Shown here: in pieces, positions 28,070-36,775 of the stretch
Layout: each line of letters starts with the position of its first letter
Numbering within the stretch: the first letter of the stretch is position 1
Assembly: GCA_964501365.1 (NCBI GenBank)
Contig: CAZCST010000030.1
Coordinates: forward strand, 132,153-196,152
Reading direction: 5' to 3'
Source: an uncultured Phycisphaera sp.
Lineage (GTDB): Bacteria > Planctomycetota > Phycisphaerae > UBA1845
Length of the DNA: 64,000 bases
The notes under the pieces: model-generated
Told to the model about the DNA's origin: nothing
Seen by the model: the letters and a program-made list of their open reading frames with translations, nothing else
The model's database searches: none
Made by a program: the position numbers and the translations under genes

Positions 28070-28214
28070 CTCCTAAAGTTCAGCAATAGAACCGAATCGG
28101 CGCTGGAGAATACCGCAAGGAAACCGATGGTGCAAAGAAAAAATTCGATGACAAACGGTGTTTTTTCCTTCAGCAGCGTGAAACCAACGGCGAGTGCCGC
28201 TGTCCGGCATGTCT

Positions 28215-29057
28215 CTACGCCTGACAGTGCTTTGGGGGGCAAGATTGCATGCCCTTTTTTGGCACAAGACGCGGCACGGCAGCAAGCAGCGACTTCGTAT
28301 AGGCGTGCTGTGGCCGCTCGAACAACTCCTCCGTCGGGGCCAGTTCAACGATGCGACCGCGCTGCATGACCGCCACGCGATCGCTCAGCCGCCGCACCAC
28401 CGCCAGGTTGTGAGCGATGAACAGGTAGGCAAGGCCAAGTTCCCGTTTGAGATCGGTCAGCAGGCTCATAATCTGGGCCTGAATGGACACATCCAGGGCG
28501 CTGACCGGCTCATCAAGCACAATAAATCGTGGTTCAAGAGCCAGCGCGCGAGCAATCCCAACCCGTTGCTTCTGCCCGCCGGATAGTTCATGCGGATACC
28601 GCTCCGCGACGCCGCTGGACAGGCCGACACGCTCCAGTAACTGCATGGCCCCTTCGCGGCGTGACGTTCGATCCCCTATCCCATGAATCAGCAACGGCTC
28701 CGCCACAATTGCCCCGATGCGCATGCGTGTGTTCAAGCTGCCTGCAGGGTCCTGAAAGACAATCTGCATTCGCCGCCGGATTTCCTTCATCCGTCGCGGC
28801 CGCGCCGAGCATACGTCAGTTCCGTCAAACCGAACCGAGCCCGCTTGCGGTTCAATCAACCGCAAGATCGCCCGCCCCAGCGTCGTCTTTCCCGACCCGC
28901 TCTCCCCAACCAATCCCAGCGTCTCCCCGCTCGCAATTTGAAATGACACCCCGTCCACCGCCGCCACATCGTTGCGGCTCCTATGAAACAAACGCGGCCT
29001 CCCAAACACCACGCGCAGGTCGGCAACGTGAAGCAACGGCTGAGCAGAAGGGATCAT
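28215..29057 (-). CDS. ABC transporter ATP-binding protein (Dpp/Opp F-type), no cognate permease or binding protein nearby
   Basis: Walker [10 protein letters not shown], signature [15 protein letters not shown], Walker [13 protein letters not shown]. Confidence 0.8.
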   Translation of the reverse strand: MIPSAQPLLHVADLRVVFGRPRLFHRSRNDVAAVDGVSFQIASGETLGLVGESGSGKTTLGRAILRLIEPQAGSVRFDGTDVCSARPRRMKEIRRRMQIVFQDPAGSLNTRMRIGAIVAEPLLIHGIGDRTSRREGAMQLLERVGLSSGVAERYPHELSGGQKQRVGIARALALEPRFIVLDEPVSALDVSIQAQIMSLLTDLKRELGLAYLFIAHNLAVVRRLSDRVAVMQRGRIVELAPTEELFERPQHAYTKSLLAAVPRLVPKKGMQSCPPKHCQA

Positions 29058-29100
29058 GACCCCGATTATCGTCGAGCGAAGAAATCACGCGAGTTTTTGG

Positions 29101-29117
29101 GGTGGGCCGTGCCCACC
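29101..29117 (+). repeat. REP core hairpin copy C (GGTGGGC-CGT-GCCCACC)
   Basis: Identical to the core of 12146-12162. Only the hairpin core is present here. Confidence 0.7.
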
Positions 29118-29134
29118 ATTCCAGACTCTTCTCG

Positions 29135-29216
29135 CCTTGATACCTTGCACTCTTGAACCCTTGAACTCTTGAACCCTATTCCCTAACCCCTATACCCTAT
29201 GCCCTATTCCCTAATC
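29135..29216 (+). repeat. Bipartite word array: five 8-mers (CCTTGATA, CCTTGCAC, TCTTGAAC, CCTTGAAC, TCTTGAAC) then six 7-mers (CCTATTC, CCTAACC, CCTATAC, CCTATGC, CCTATTC, CCTAATC)
   Basis: Direct reading with no gaps between units. Same orientation and architecture as 13637-13705. Confidence 0.9.
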
Positions 29217-29346
29217 TGCGTTCTCAGCGCCTCTGCGGTGAATCCCGGGGTGGCGGGTTGGCCCGCCTCCTTGCCGTATCAGAGGTAGGGCTACGATTCC
29301 CACTCGGATTAAATCCGATGCTCTTACCCAAAAACCCAACCCCGGT

Positions 29347-29376
29347 ATCTGTGTTCATCTGTGTTGATCTGCGGCC
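29347..29376 (+). repeat. Three tandem 10-mers ATCTGTGTTC|ATCTGTGTTG|ATCTGCGGCC
   Basis: Direct reading. The words are related to the CTGCGTAATC / GCAGATT words at 31096-31201. Confidence 0.7.
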
Positions 29377-29718
29377 CGTCCCTTCCATCCCTAATCCCTG
29401 CCTTTCCCCTGATCGCAATTCGCAACAATTTTCCGCGCGCCGCGCATGTTATCAAAGGCGATGGATGCAATTGGAGAAAATCTGCCCTTGTGCCTGACCG
29501 GGGAGAAGGACCCCCAACCCATAGTACCCGAACGATACCCTACCACAAGCGCAAAGACAGTACTTGTCAAAACGAACCCATCCTTCAGCACGACTTTGCA
29601 ATCGCGCAAGTTTCAACACCTTTCGACGCTAAGCGCCTTCGACTCCTCATGTTTCGCGATACACTCTATTTTCAGCGATTGTCGCCATGAAAATAACACC
29701 AAATTGCGGAGGTGGTCT

Positions 29719-31086
29719 ATGAAAACTCAAATGTGGGTCATTGCAGCTCTGGCAGGACTGATTCTGGCGGGTTCCAGCGCAGCCCGGGCCGATGACCTTA
29801 AGCGCCGCGGCATGCTCGGAGTCCAACTCGCGCCGATTACCGACGAGGTCAAAACCAGCCTCAAGCTCGCCGACAACAAGGGCGTTCTCATCACCGGAAC
29901 GGTGCCCAATTCCGCCGCCGCTGCCGCCGGAATATTGGGCAACGATGTCATCGTCAGAATCAACGACGACCCCATCGATTCCGTCCCTACGCTGATTCGA
30001 ACGCTGCGCAAATACGGCGCCGGCGAGAAGATGAAACTTGTCGTTCTTCGTGAGGGGAAGGAAACGCCGACCGAAATCTCCATGCTTCCCCGCCCGCAGG
30101 AGCAGTCGACCGACTATGACATCGTCTATGATTCCGCGGGCGAAGCGGGCAAGCGGGTCCGCACGATCATCACCAAGCCCAAAAAGGAGGGGAAGAACCC
30201 TGCGGTCCTGTTTATTCAAGGCCTGGCTCCCAGCTCCGTTGAACTATCAACGCCCCAGCCGCACCCCTATAAGAACATTATCAGCGATTTGACCAAGGCC
30301 GGGTTTGTCACCATGCGCGTCGAGCGACCCGGCGCAGGCGACAGCGAAGGGTTGGATGTGCAGGAGACCACCGTTCCGGAGGATGTCGCTGCGTTCCGAG
30401 CCGGACTCAAAAAGCTGAAAACCTACGATTATGTGGACGCGGCCAACGTCTTCGTGTTCAGTCAGTCTTCCGGAGGCGCGATTGCTCCGATCCTTGCCGA
30501 GGACGGCGTTCGCGGAATTGCCACTTTTGCCGCCTTTGCCCGCCCATGGACGGAACACACCGCAGATCAGACCATGCGGCAGTGGAAGCTCGAACTCCTT
30601 AAGGAGGACGAAATCAAGGCCAACCTGGAAAAGGAAAAAATCATCGCCGACGAACTCTACGTGAAAAAGCATTCGCTCAAGGAAGCGCTCGACGCCCATC
30701 CGGAACTCAAGGACTACCTGAAGGACTCCATCCAGGGGGACAACCTCATTTACGGGATGCACTACAAGTACCTGCAGCAACTTGCCGGTCTGGATTTGGT
30801 CGCCTCCTGGTCCAAGGTCTCCGTACCGGTCTTGGCGATGTGGGGCGAGTCCGATTTCGCAGCGTCAAAAGCGGATAGCGAGCTGATCGCCTCCACGGTA
30901 AACAAGAAAGCACCCGGCAAGGCGAAATTCGTCGCACTTCCAAAAACCGATCACAGCTATGCCAAGGTCGAGGATCAGGAGGAAAGCTTCCTTGCGGGCC
31001 CCGGCGGCGGCGGAAACTTCAACCCCATCGTGATGGAAACCGTCATCAACTGGTTCAAGGAGCAGATGGGTTCCAAGAGTTCATAG
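29719..31086 (+). CDS. Secreted PDZ domain + alpha/beta-hydrolase fusion protein
   Basis: The ORF opens at 29446, but GGAGGTGG precedes ATG 29719 (signal peptide MKTQMWVIAALAGLILAGSSAARA). PDZ segment GVLITGTVPNSAAAAAGILGNDVIVRINDDPI. Hydrolase part with nucleophile elbow FSQSSGG and late D/H residues. Confidence 0.7.
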   Translation: MKTQMWVIAALAGLILAGSSAARADDLKRRGMLGVQLAPITDEVKTSLKLADNKGVLITGTVPNSAAAAAGILGNDVIVRINDDPIDSVPTLIRTLRKYGAGEKMKLVVLREGKETPTEISMLPRPQEQSTDYDIVYDSAGEAGKRVRTIITKPKKEGKNPAVLFIQGLAPSSVELSTPQPHPYKNIISDLTKAGFVTMRVERPGAGDSEGLDVQETTVPEDVAAFRAGLKKLKTYDYVDAANVFVFSQSSGGAIAPILAEDGVRGIATFAAFARPWTEHTADQTMRQWKLELLKEDEIKANLEKEKIIADELYVKKHSLKEALDAHPELKDYLKDSIQGDNLIYGMHYKYLQQLAGLDLVASWSKVSVPVLAMWGESDFAASKADSELIASTVNKKAPGKAKFVALPKTDHSYAKVEDQEESFLAGPGGGGNFNPIVMETVINWFKEQMGSKSS

Positions 31087-31095
31087 AGACACTGA

Positions 31096-31201
31096 ATCCG
31101 CAGATTACGCAGAGGCGCGCAGATTGCAGGTAAGTGGGAAAAACCTGGAAGCCCGACGTTTGAGTGGGTTGTGCCGGCGAAACTCTGCGTAATCGGCGGA
31201 T
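31096..31201. repeat. 19-bp inverted repeat pair (18 of 19 complementary) flanking 68 bp, between convergent genes
   Basis: Left arm atccgcagattacgcagag (31096-31114). Right arm ctctgcgtaatcggcggat (31183-31201). The reverse complement of the left arm differs by one base. Confidence 0.7.
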
Positions 31202-31205
31202 CGCG

Positions 31206-33518
31206 TCAGAAGTTTCCGACAACGAAGCTGAAGATTTGATCGTCGTCTTCCGAATCCTTGGCGACCGGCATCGCCACGTTGAACTCAATCGGAATCGGAC
31301 CAAACAGATTCAGCGTGAAGCGCACTCCCGTGCCCACGCCCGCGCGATATCCGCCCGATCCCGCGGTGCCTGTGTCGATAAAGACGTGCCCGCGAAGGTT
31401 GTCGCCGTAGAGGGGATAGCTGTACTCGGCACCGACAAGGATGAGGTAGTCGCCGCCGATGTTATTATCATCGATCCCGTCGCGCTCGCCGATCCCGCGA
31501 TATTGAAACCCGCGGACTGACCCGATTCCACCCGCGTAGTACCGCTCAAATACCGGTGCATCGCCCAGAATGTATCCGCCCTCCCCGCGCAGCGCGAGAA
31601 CGCTCTTTCGTTCCAGCCGGTCGGTGGCCACGGTGGTGTACCAGTTGTAGCTCACTCCCACGCGGCCAAAAACGTAGTCCCCCACTACCTGTTCGTAACT
31701 GAGTCGCAAACGGTCGCCGGTGGTCGGAACAAAGCGACTGTCGGTTCGGTCGCGCACCAAAGAGCCCTTGAGCCCCAGGATCAGATTATTGCCTTCATCA
31801 TCGCGGATCTCTTTTGATGCGAACAAATCCACATCATCCACGCTCACCGCCTCGTCGCGAAACGCCAGTTCGCCCGACCATCCTTGCAGCCGGCCCCGCT
31901 CAAACCGCTTGCCGAGACTAAAGGAACTTCCAATGCGTTTTTCCGTGTACCCGTCACGGTCACGCTCGAACAGGAAAAAGCTGGAATCGAAGCGAATTGG
32001 CTTATCGAACAAGTAGGGTTCCGTGTAGTCAATGCGAAAGCGGCTGACCTCGGTGCCGGGCTGCACCTCGAGACGGAGTCGCTGACCTCCGCCAAAGAAG
32101 GACCGAAACTTGAAGAACTCGCTCCATGTTTCCGGAACATCCCAGAAGTCGAAATTCTGGAAATCGAGAACAATCGAACCGACGATGCCGCTGTTGCTTG
32201 TAACTCCGGCGCCAAAAAGGAAATCACCCGCCTTTTCCGACTCCACGACGTCCATGACCGCGTCGCGGACCCCCGGCTGATCGCCCGATGGAATCACTTT
32301 GGCCGAACTGAACACACGGCTTTCCACCAATTGTTTTTCCGCTTCTTTGGCTTGCGTCAGATTGAACAGATCGTCCGGCGGATAGAGGTTGAGTGCGCGG
32401 CGTGCCACCTTGTCCTTGGTTCGGGCGTTGCCGCGCACCACCACACGCCCGACGCGGAATTGCTCGCCCTCCTCGATCTCGATGGTCAATCGCACAAGCC
32501 CCGGCGTGTCCGAAAACACACGGACAGCCCGCACTCGCACGTAGATATGTCCCAGCTCGCCGTAGCGATCTCGAATCGCTGTCACATCCGCATCGATTCG
32601 GGGCCGTTTGACATCGTCGCCCACCCGACTCTTCATCGCGGAAAGCAATTCCTCCGAGCCAAACAAGGTATTGCCCTTGATGTCAATGCTCTCAAATTTG
32701 TACCGCGTTCCCTCGCTGACCGTAAACAACACGGTCATTTCGTGGCCGGCGAGCTGCGTGCTGTATTCCGCCGTTGCGTCAAGGAATCCCTCGTCGCGAT
32801 AGAAGTTTTGGAGTTTCGCCACATCGCTCTGGGCTTTTTCGACATCAAAGGCACCCGACCGAAAAATCCACAACGCTGTCTTGGTTTCGATTTGCCCGGA
32901 GAGGTCATCGGCCGTGAAGCTTTCATTCCCCGCGAAATCGATCTTCGAGACCTTCACCTTTTCGCCTTCGTGAATGATAAAGACGAGTTCACCTGTCCGG
33001 GATGCGGCCCCCTCATCCACGTCAACCGTCGCATCCGAATAGCCCGCTTCCCGATATTTTCGCAGAATCGCGTCGCGCCCTTCGCGGACCGCCGACAAGT
33101 CCAGCGGCTGACTGATCTTCTGCGGCACCTCGGCCTTCAAAGTATTTTCACGAAAGATTTTTGCGCCCTCGAATCGAACCGCGGTGATGAGCGATCGCTC
33201 GACAACTTCGAAAACCACCCTGCCCCCGTCACCGATCTCGTACTTGACGCTTTCAAAACGTCCGGTGCGCAGGAGCCGCGAAACCGCCTCATCCAGGGCC
33301 GCCCGTTGGATTGGGGCGCCGGCCGGAAGACGCACAACGTCATGCGCCATGGCCGGCGAAGTACGCTGCAAACCGACAAATTCGATCGACGTGATAACTT
33401 GCCCCGGCTCCTGAGCCAGGGCGGATTGACCCGGCGCTGACCACATCAACATTGTGATCAACAGGGGTCCAACCAGCGCGGCCTGCGCTGGAAATCTGAC
33501 CGGATGACTTGCGTTCAA
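31206..33518 (-). CDS. bamA: Outer membrane protein assembly factor BamA (Omp85 family)
   Basis: Signal peptide. Repeated POTRA-like units (ITSIEFVGLQRTSPAMAHDVV, ITAVRFEGAKIFRENTL, VSKIDFAGNESF, FESIDIKGNTLF, VGRVVVRGNARTKDKV). C-terminal barrel ending FVVGNF. Confidence 0.88.
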   Translation of the reverse strand: MNASHPVRFPAQAALVGPLLITMLMWSAPGQSALAQEPGQVITSIEFVGLQRTSPAMAHDVVRLPAGAPIQRAALDEAVSRLLRTGRFESVKYEIGDGGRVVFEVVERSLITAVRFEGAKIFRENTLKAEVPQKISQPLDLSAVREGRDAILRKYREAGYSDATVDVDEGAASRTGELVFIIHEGEKVKVSKIDFAGNESFTADDLSGQIETKTALWIFRSGAFDVEKAQSDVAKLQNFYRDEGFLDATAEYSTQLAGHEMTVLFTVSEGTRYKFESIDIKGNTLFGSEELLSAMKSRVGDDVKRPRIDADVTAIRDRYGELGHIYVRVRAVRVFSDTPGLVRLTIEIEEGEQFRVGRVVVRGNARTKDKVARRALNLYPPDDLFNLTQAKEAEKQLVESRVFSSAKVIPSGDQPGVRDAVMDVVESEKAGDFLFGAGVTSNSGIVGSIVLDFQNFDFWDVPETWSEFFKFRSFFGGGQRLRLEVQPGTEVSRFRIDYTEPYLFDKPIRFDSSFFLFERDRDGYTEKRIGSSFSLGKRFERGRLQGWSGELAFRDEAVSVDDVDLFASKEIRDDEGNNLILGLKGSLVRDRTDSRFVPTTGDRLRLSYEQVVGDYVFGRVGVSYNWYTTVATDRLERKSVLALRGEGGYILGDAPVFERYYAGGIGSVRGFQYRGIGERDGIDDNNIGGDYLILVGAEYSYPLYGDNLRGHVFIDTGTAGSGGYRAGVGTGVRFTLNLFGPIPIEFNVAMPVAKDSEDDDQIFSFVVGNF

Positions 33519-33623
33519 ACTGTCTTCTCGATGGCTCTGTTGTCTTTGAGTCCGCGCCAGCGGTGCGGCGATGATAACGATGAGCGATGAGGGCGTAAAG
33601 AAGGGAGGAGGGATGGGGCGAAT

Positions 33624-34097
33624 CTATTTTTTCCCCCGGGCACGCTGCATAGAGAAGAATTCCCGAAGAATCAAGGAACAATCCTCGGCCATCACCCCCT
33701 CGGTGATTTCCACGCGATGATTGAGCCTGGCGTCAGCACAAAGATTGAACAGCGATCCGCACGCTCCCGCCTTGGGATCGCGTGCTCCAAAAACGAGCCG
33801 CCGAATGCGCGCCAACACCAATGCCCCTGCGCACATTGCGCAGGGCTCCAGCGTGACGTAGATCGCGCAGTCATCCAGACGCCAACTGGAAAGGTGTGCG
33901 GCTGCCGCGGTAATGGCAATCATTTCAGCGTGCGCCGTGGGATCCTGAAGCTGCTCGCGTTGATTACGCCCGCGACCAATGATGCGGCCTTCGTGGACCA
34001 CGACGGCCCCGACCGGCACGTCCTCGTGGTCGAGCGCCGCCACGGCCTCGTGATAGGCCGCACGCATGAACGTCTCGTCAGGATTCGTGTGCATCAA
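33624..34097 (-). CDS. tadA: tRNA adenosine(34) deaminase
   Basis: HAEMIAI...LEPCAMCAGAL zinc motif. The ATG overlaps the arsC stop by 4 nt. Confidence 0.9.
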   Translation of the reverse strand: MMHTNPDETFMRAAYHEAVAALDHEDVPVGAVVVHEGRIIGRGRNQREQLQDPTAHAEMIAITAAAAHLSSWRLDDCAIYVTLEPCAMCAGALVLARIRRLVFGARDPKAGACGSLFNLCADARLNHRVEITEGVMAEDCSLILREFFSMQRARGKK

Positions 34098-34576
34098 ATG
34101 TCCCCCAGGAATCGAAGCCGTTTCTCGATTTCGTTATTCGGACCCGTCCAGTTGATGGATACAAGCCCCTCAATTTTCGCGCGGATTCGATTGGCTACCA
34201 AAAGGGCAAACGCCTCCCGTTCCATCTGGTCGCCAGCGTGAAAAGCAGGGTCGGGAATCGACCAATGCACTTTGAATCTCGTCTCGGGAAAAATCGGGCA
34301 GGCTTCCTTCGCTGCAGAATCGCAAAGGGTAATTACGACATCCATCGGCTGTCCCGCCAGTACATCCCAACTCTTGGATTCCAGTTCTCCAAGCGGAATG
34401 CGCATCGCGGAGAGGGCATAAACGGCCAATGGATGGATAAATCCCGCCGGCCTTGATCCGGCACTGTGTGCAAGAAATGCTCCACCTCCGAGATGCCGCA
34501 GCATGGCTTCCGCCATGATGGATCGACAGGAGTTGCCGGTGCATAGAAAAAGTACGGTAATGGGCTTGCCGGGCAT
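34094..34576 (-). CDS. arsC: Arsenate reductase, thioredoxin-coupled LMW-PTP family
   Basis: P-loop LCTGNSCRS and downstream Cys pair TLCDSAAKEAC. The ORF opens at 34588; Met at 34576 (MPGKPITVLF) is preferred. Confidence 0.75.
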   Translation of the reverse strand: MPGKPITVLFLCTGNSCRSIMAEAMLRHLGGGAFLAHSAGSRPAGFIHPLAVYALSAMRIPLGELESKSWDVLAGQPMDVVITLCDSAAKEACPIFPETRFKVHWSIPDPAFHAGDQMEREAFALLVANRIRAKIEGLVSINWTGPNNEIEKRLRFLGDI

Positions 34577-34758
34577 CAGAACATTCACCTTGAAGTTGAA
34601 TGGAACCGTGTTCTACTGGAATCCTACCAGATCGGCCCTTCGAGAATAGCGCCAATCGCGTTGCGGTAAGGTTGTTTTTGCGAAGGCGTGGAACTTCTTT
34701 ACCGGAGCCAGATTTTTCACTCCGCTCAGAATAGTGCATGCGTCACAACGACATCATA

Positions 34759-34800
34759 AAACGGGACAAGGTCGGCGACCCTGATGAGCCGCCGACCTTG
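34759..34800 (-). terminator. Candidate terminator after the TadG/vWA gene (11-bp stem)
   Basis: caaggtcggcg (34767-34777) pairs with cgccgaccttg (34790-34800). On the minus strand tcccGTTTTatg follows, so the T-run is short. Confidence 0.45.
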
Positions 34801-34834
34801 AATCGTGAAGGTAAGGATATTGGACGCCTTGCGG

Positions 34835-36505
34835 CTATTCGATCAGCGCGGCGAAACCCATCGTACCGATCGTACGGAAAATTTGGCGAAGCTGTGCTGT
34901 GTATTCCGCCGAGGTGCCGGCCGCGAAGAACTCCTGGCCGCCGGTCATTTCCGCGATTTCCTGCATGACCTGTCGGTCCGCCAGCGATCCCACGCTGATG
35001 GTGTAGACCGGGATATGGAGATCCGCCGCCTGTTGGGCGATGGTCGTGGCATTCGGTCCCGCATTCGATTCGCCGTCTGACAGAAGCACGATCATCGGTC
35101 TGGCGTCGTCCCTGCCACGGGCAGCCAGTTCATTGAGCGCCAGCTGAAGCCCACCACCGATATTCGTGTTGGGGTCGTAGTAATTCGGCTGCCTGACCTT
35201 CAATCTGTCGGCGATGGATTGGCGATCTTCCGTAAGATTCAGCTCGTGCCGCGCAGTCGTCGCAAAGACTTCCAGCGACATCTGGTCAAAATTACGGGTC
35301 ACGTCCACCATTGCCTGCAGCCCCTGCTTGATGCTCTGCGATGGTTCGACTGGCGTATGTGTCAAATCGGTTTCGCTGTACGAATTCCGGCGATCCAGCA
35401 TGTACTGCACAACCGTCTTGACGCCGAATCGAAACTTGAATTGTGAGTTTTCGTCGGTCAACCTGTTGTTATTGCCCGTGGACCAGTCGATATAATCCGC
35501 CCAGGTCCAGTTCTTGCGGACGGCCGGGTAGGCGGCCCAAGTCAGCTCACTGCTTCCAATGGTCGTGTCACTCCCACTGCTGGGGTGCCATTCTGCGAGT
35601 CCAAGCATGACAGCGACGCGGTTGGGCCAGGTGGACGAACTGCTGCTGTTCATGATCGTGCTGCGCCGACTCGCGTTGTATCCGCGGGCAGTCAGGCTCG
35701 TGGTGATGGCGGCTATTGTGCACGGGGCGTTGTTGGGAATGTACCAAAGCCCCGGATCGGTCGTCGGGTTATAGGAGGAAGTGATCGCACTTCCCCAGGT
35801 ATTCATGATGCCATAAGCCGGGCCGGTGTCGTTCTTATATTCCGACTGATCTTCGGCAACGGGCACATAATTTGCACTTGGCGCGGGTCCGTCCATGGAC
35901 GCCCAGACATCACGCATGTTCACCTGGGCAATATCACGATAATAGCGCAACTCGCTGTCATACTTCATCGAACCCGACAGATCCACGACGACGGCGATGT
36001 CGCGGGCGCCAGTCAGCCCCGCCGTGGCGGACGCCTGCACATTGGCGGTATGTTTGCCGAAAATTCCCGCGAAGAAGAGATTGGTGGGTCCATTGACCGA
36101 TCCCGCGGACTTCCGGATGGTAACGCGGACCGCGTCAGGAAACGTGGTCGTCGGGGTGAAATCGTAATGATTGGTGTCTTCGTTGTAGTCGATTTGACCG
36201 AAAACCAGATCGTCAGCACCGACTTGCAGGTCGTGGCCAAGCGAAACGTGCCGCTGAATGATGTCGATGGCGGCCTGACGGGCTTTGGAGACACCCGCCG
36301 CGCTTCGATCCTCGGACAGGATGTCCGTCGCGGCCAATGCCCCGGCATCGGCGGCGTTCTGCAGATCTGCACGCGTGTTGTACAACACGCCGACGTCGAC
36401 AGTCAGCGCCGCAAACCCCAGCAGAACCGGGATCAGCACCAGCACCAGGAAGACCACAACGGCTCGCCGCCTGCTGGACCTAGCTTTGGGAGTTGATTGA
36501 TTCAT
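34835..36505 (-). CDS. TadG-like (Flp pilus assembly N-terminal domain) protein with a C-terminal von Willebrand factor A domain
   Basis: N-terminus RRRAVVVFLVLVLIPVLLGFAALTVDVGVLYNTRADLQNAADAGALAA is Tad N-terminal type. vWA MIDAS-like DLSGSM and IVLLSDGESNAG. Confidence 0.7.
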   Translation of the reverse strand: MNQSTPKARSSRRRAVVVFLVLVLIPVLLGFAALTVDVGVLYNTRADLQNAADAGALAATDILSEDRSAAGVSKARQAAIDIIQRHVSLGHDLQVGADDLVFGQIDYNEDTNHYDFTPTTTFPDAVRVTIRKSAGSVNGPTNLFFAGIFGKHTANVQASATAGLTGARDIAVVVDLSGSMKYDSELRYYRDIAQVNMRDVWASMDGPAPSANYVPVAEDQSEYKNDTGPAYGIMNTWGSAITSSYNPTTDPGLWYIPNNAPCTIAAITTSLTARGYNASRRSTIMNSSSSSTWPNRVAVMLGLAEWHPSSGSDTTIGSSELTWAAYPAVRKNWTWADYIDWSTGNNNRLTDENSQFKFRFGVKTVVQYMLDRRNSYSETDLTHTPVEPSQSIKQGLQAMVDVTRNFDQMSLEVFATTARHELNLTEDRQSIADRLKVRQPNYYDPNTNIGGGLQLALNELAARGRDDARPMIVLLSDGESNAGPNATTIAQQAADLHIPVYTISVGSLADRQVMQEIAEMTGGQEFFAAGTSAEYTAQLRQIFRTIGTMGFAALIE

Positions 36506-36564
36506 ATTGGGACGCTCCTTACCCCTCGGGCCAAAAGAATAGTGTTCCTCTCAGTCTTCCCGGG

Positions 36565-36640
36565 CGGCGCGACAATCCGTCATCAGGGCGGACTCAACGC
36601 TTTGCGTCCCAATCTCGCGACTGGTTTGCCTTTGTCTCAG
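36565..36640 (-). promoter_or_regulatory. Candidate c-di-GMP-I (GEMM-I) riboswitch aptamer in the leader of the TadG/vWA gene
   Basis: Minus-strand read GACAAA GGCAAACC AGUC GCGA GAUU GGGACGCAAAGC G UUGAG UCCG CCCUGAUGA CGGA UUGUC GC. It shows the conserved GGCAAACC and GGGACGCAAAGC blocks, a GNRA-capped first hairpin and a second hairpin. AUUGGGACGC (36604-36613) is perfectly complementary to GCGUCCCAAU (36506-36515), which sits between the AAGGAG Shine-Dalgarno and the AUG. Confidence 0.7.
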
Positions 36641-36652
36641 GATGTCAAATTC

Positions 36653-36682
36653 AATCTACGATTTGCGGAACGCAATGTGCAA
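36653..36682 (-). promoter_or_regulatory. Candidate sigma70-type promoter for the riboswitch leader (TTGCAC-N18-TAGATT)
   Basis: On the minus strand, TTGCAC at 36682-36677 and TAGATT at 36658-36653. The predicted transcription start lies about 10 nt upstream of the aptamer. Confidence 0.3.
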
Positions 36683-36775
36683 ATGAAGTGAAAAATGTCG
36701 CGCGAGAATTTCTTGACCAGGCGAGAGGAGGTGTCGTGTGATAACCAATGGGCTTGGAGGTGAGGTCCAGGCACG

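Noticed and set aside
29246-29330. tRNA-like or small structured RNA (hairpins ggcggg-ttgg-cccgcc and tcggat-taa-atccga)
   Set aside because: I tried both strands as a cloverleaf. There is no acceptor stem, no T-loop GTTCRANYC and no 7-nt anticodon loop.
29446-29718. N-terminal 91-aa extension of the PDZ-hydrolase ORF; similar long extensions occur at 14875, 26400-27569, 47351-49369, 7863-9371 and 40872
   Set aside because: In each case an internal Met begins a canonical signal peptide or conserved N-terminus, often with a Shine-Dalgarno. The extension runs through repeat-rich or divergent-promoter DNA.
31884-33440. 518-aa ORF on the + strand
   Set aside because: It is antisense to bamA, whose POTRA and barrel features are clear. 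The composition is a shadow-frame artefact.
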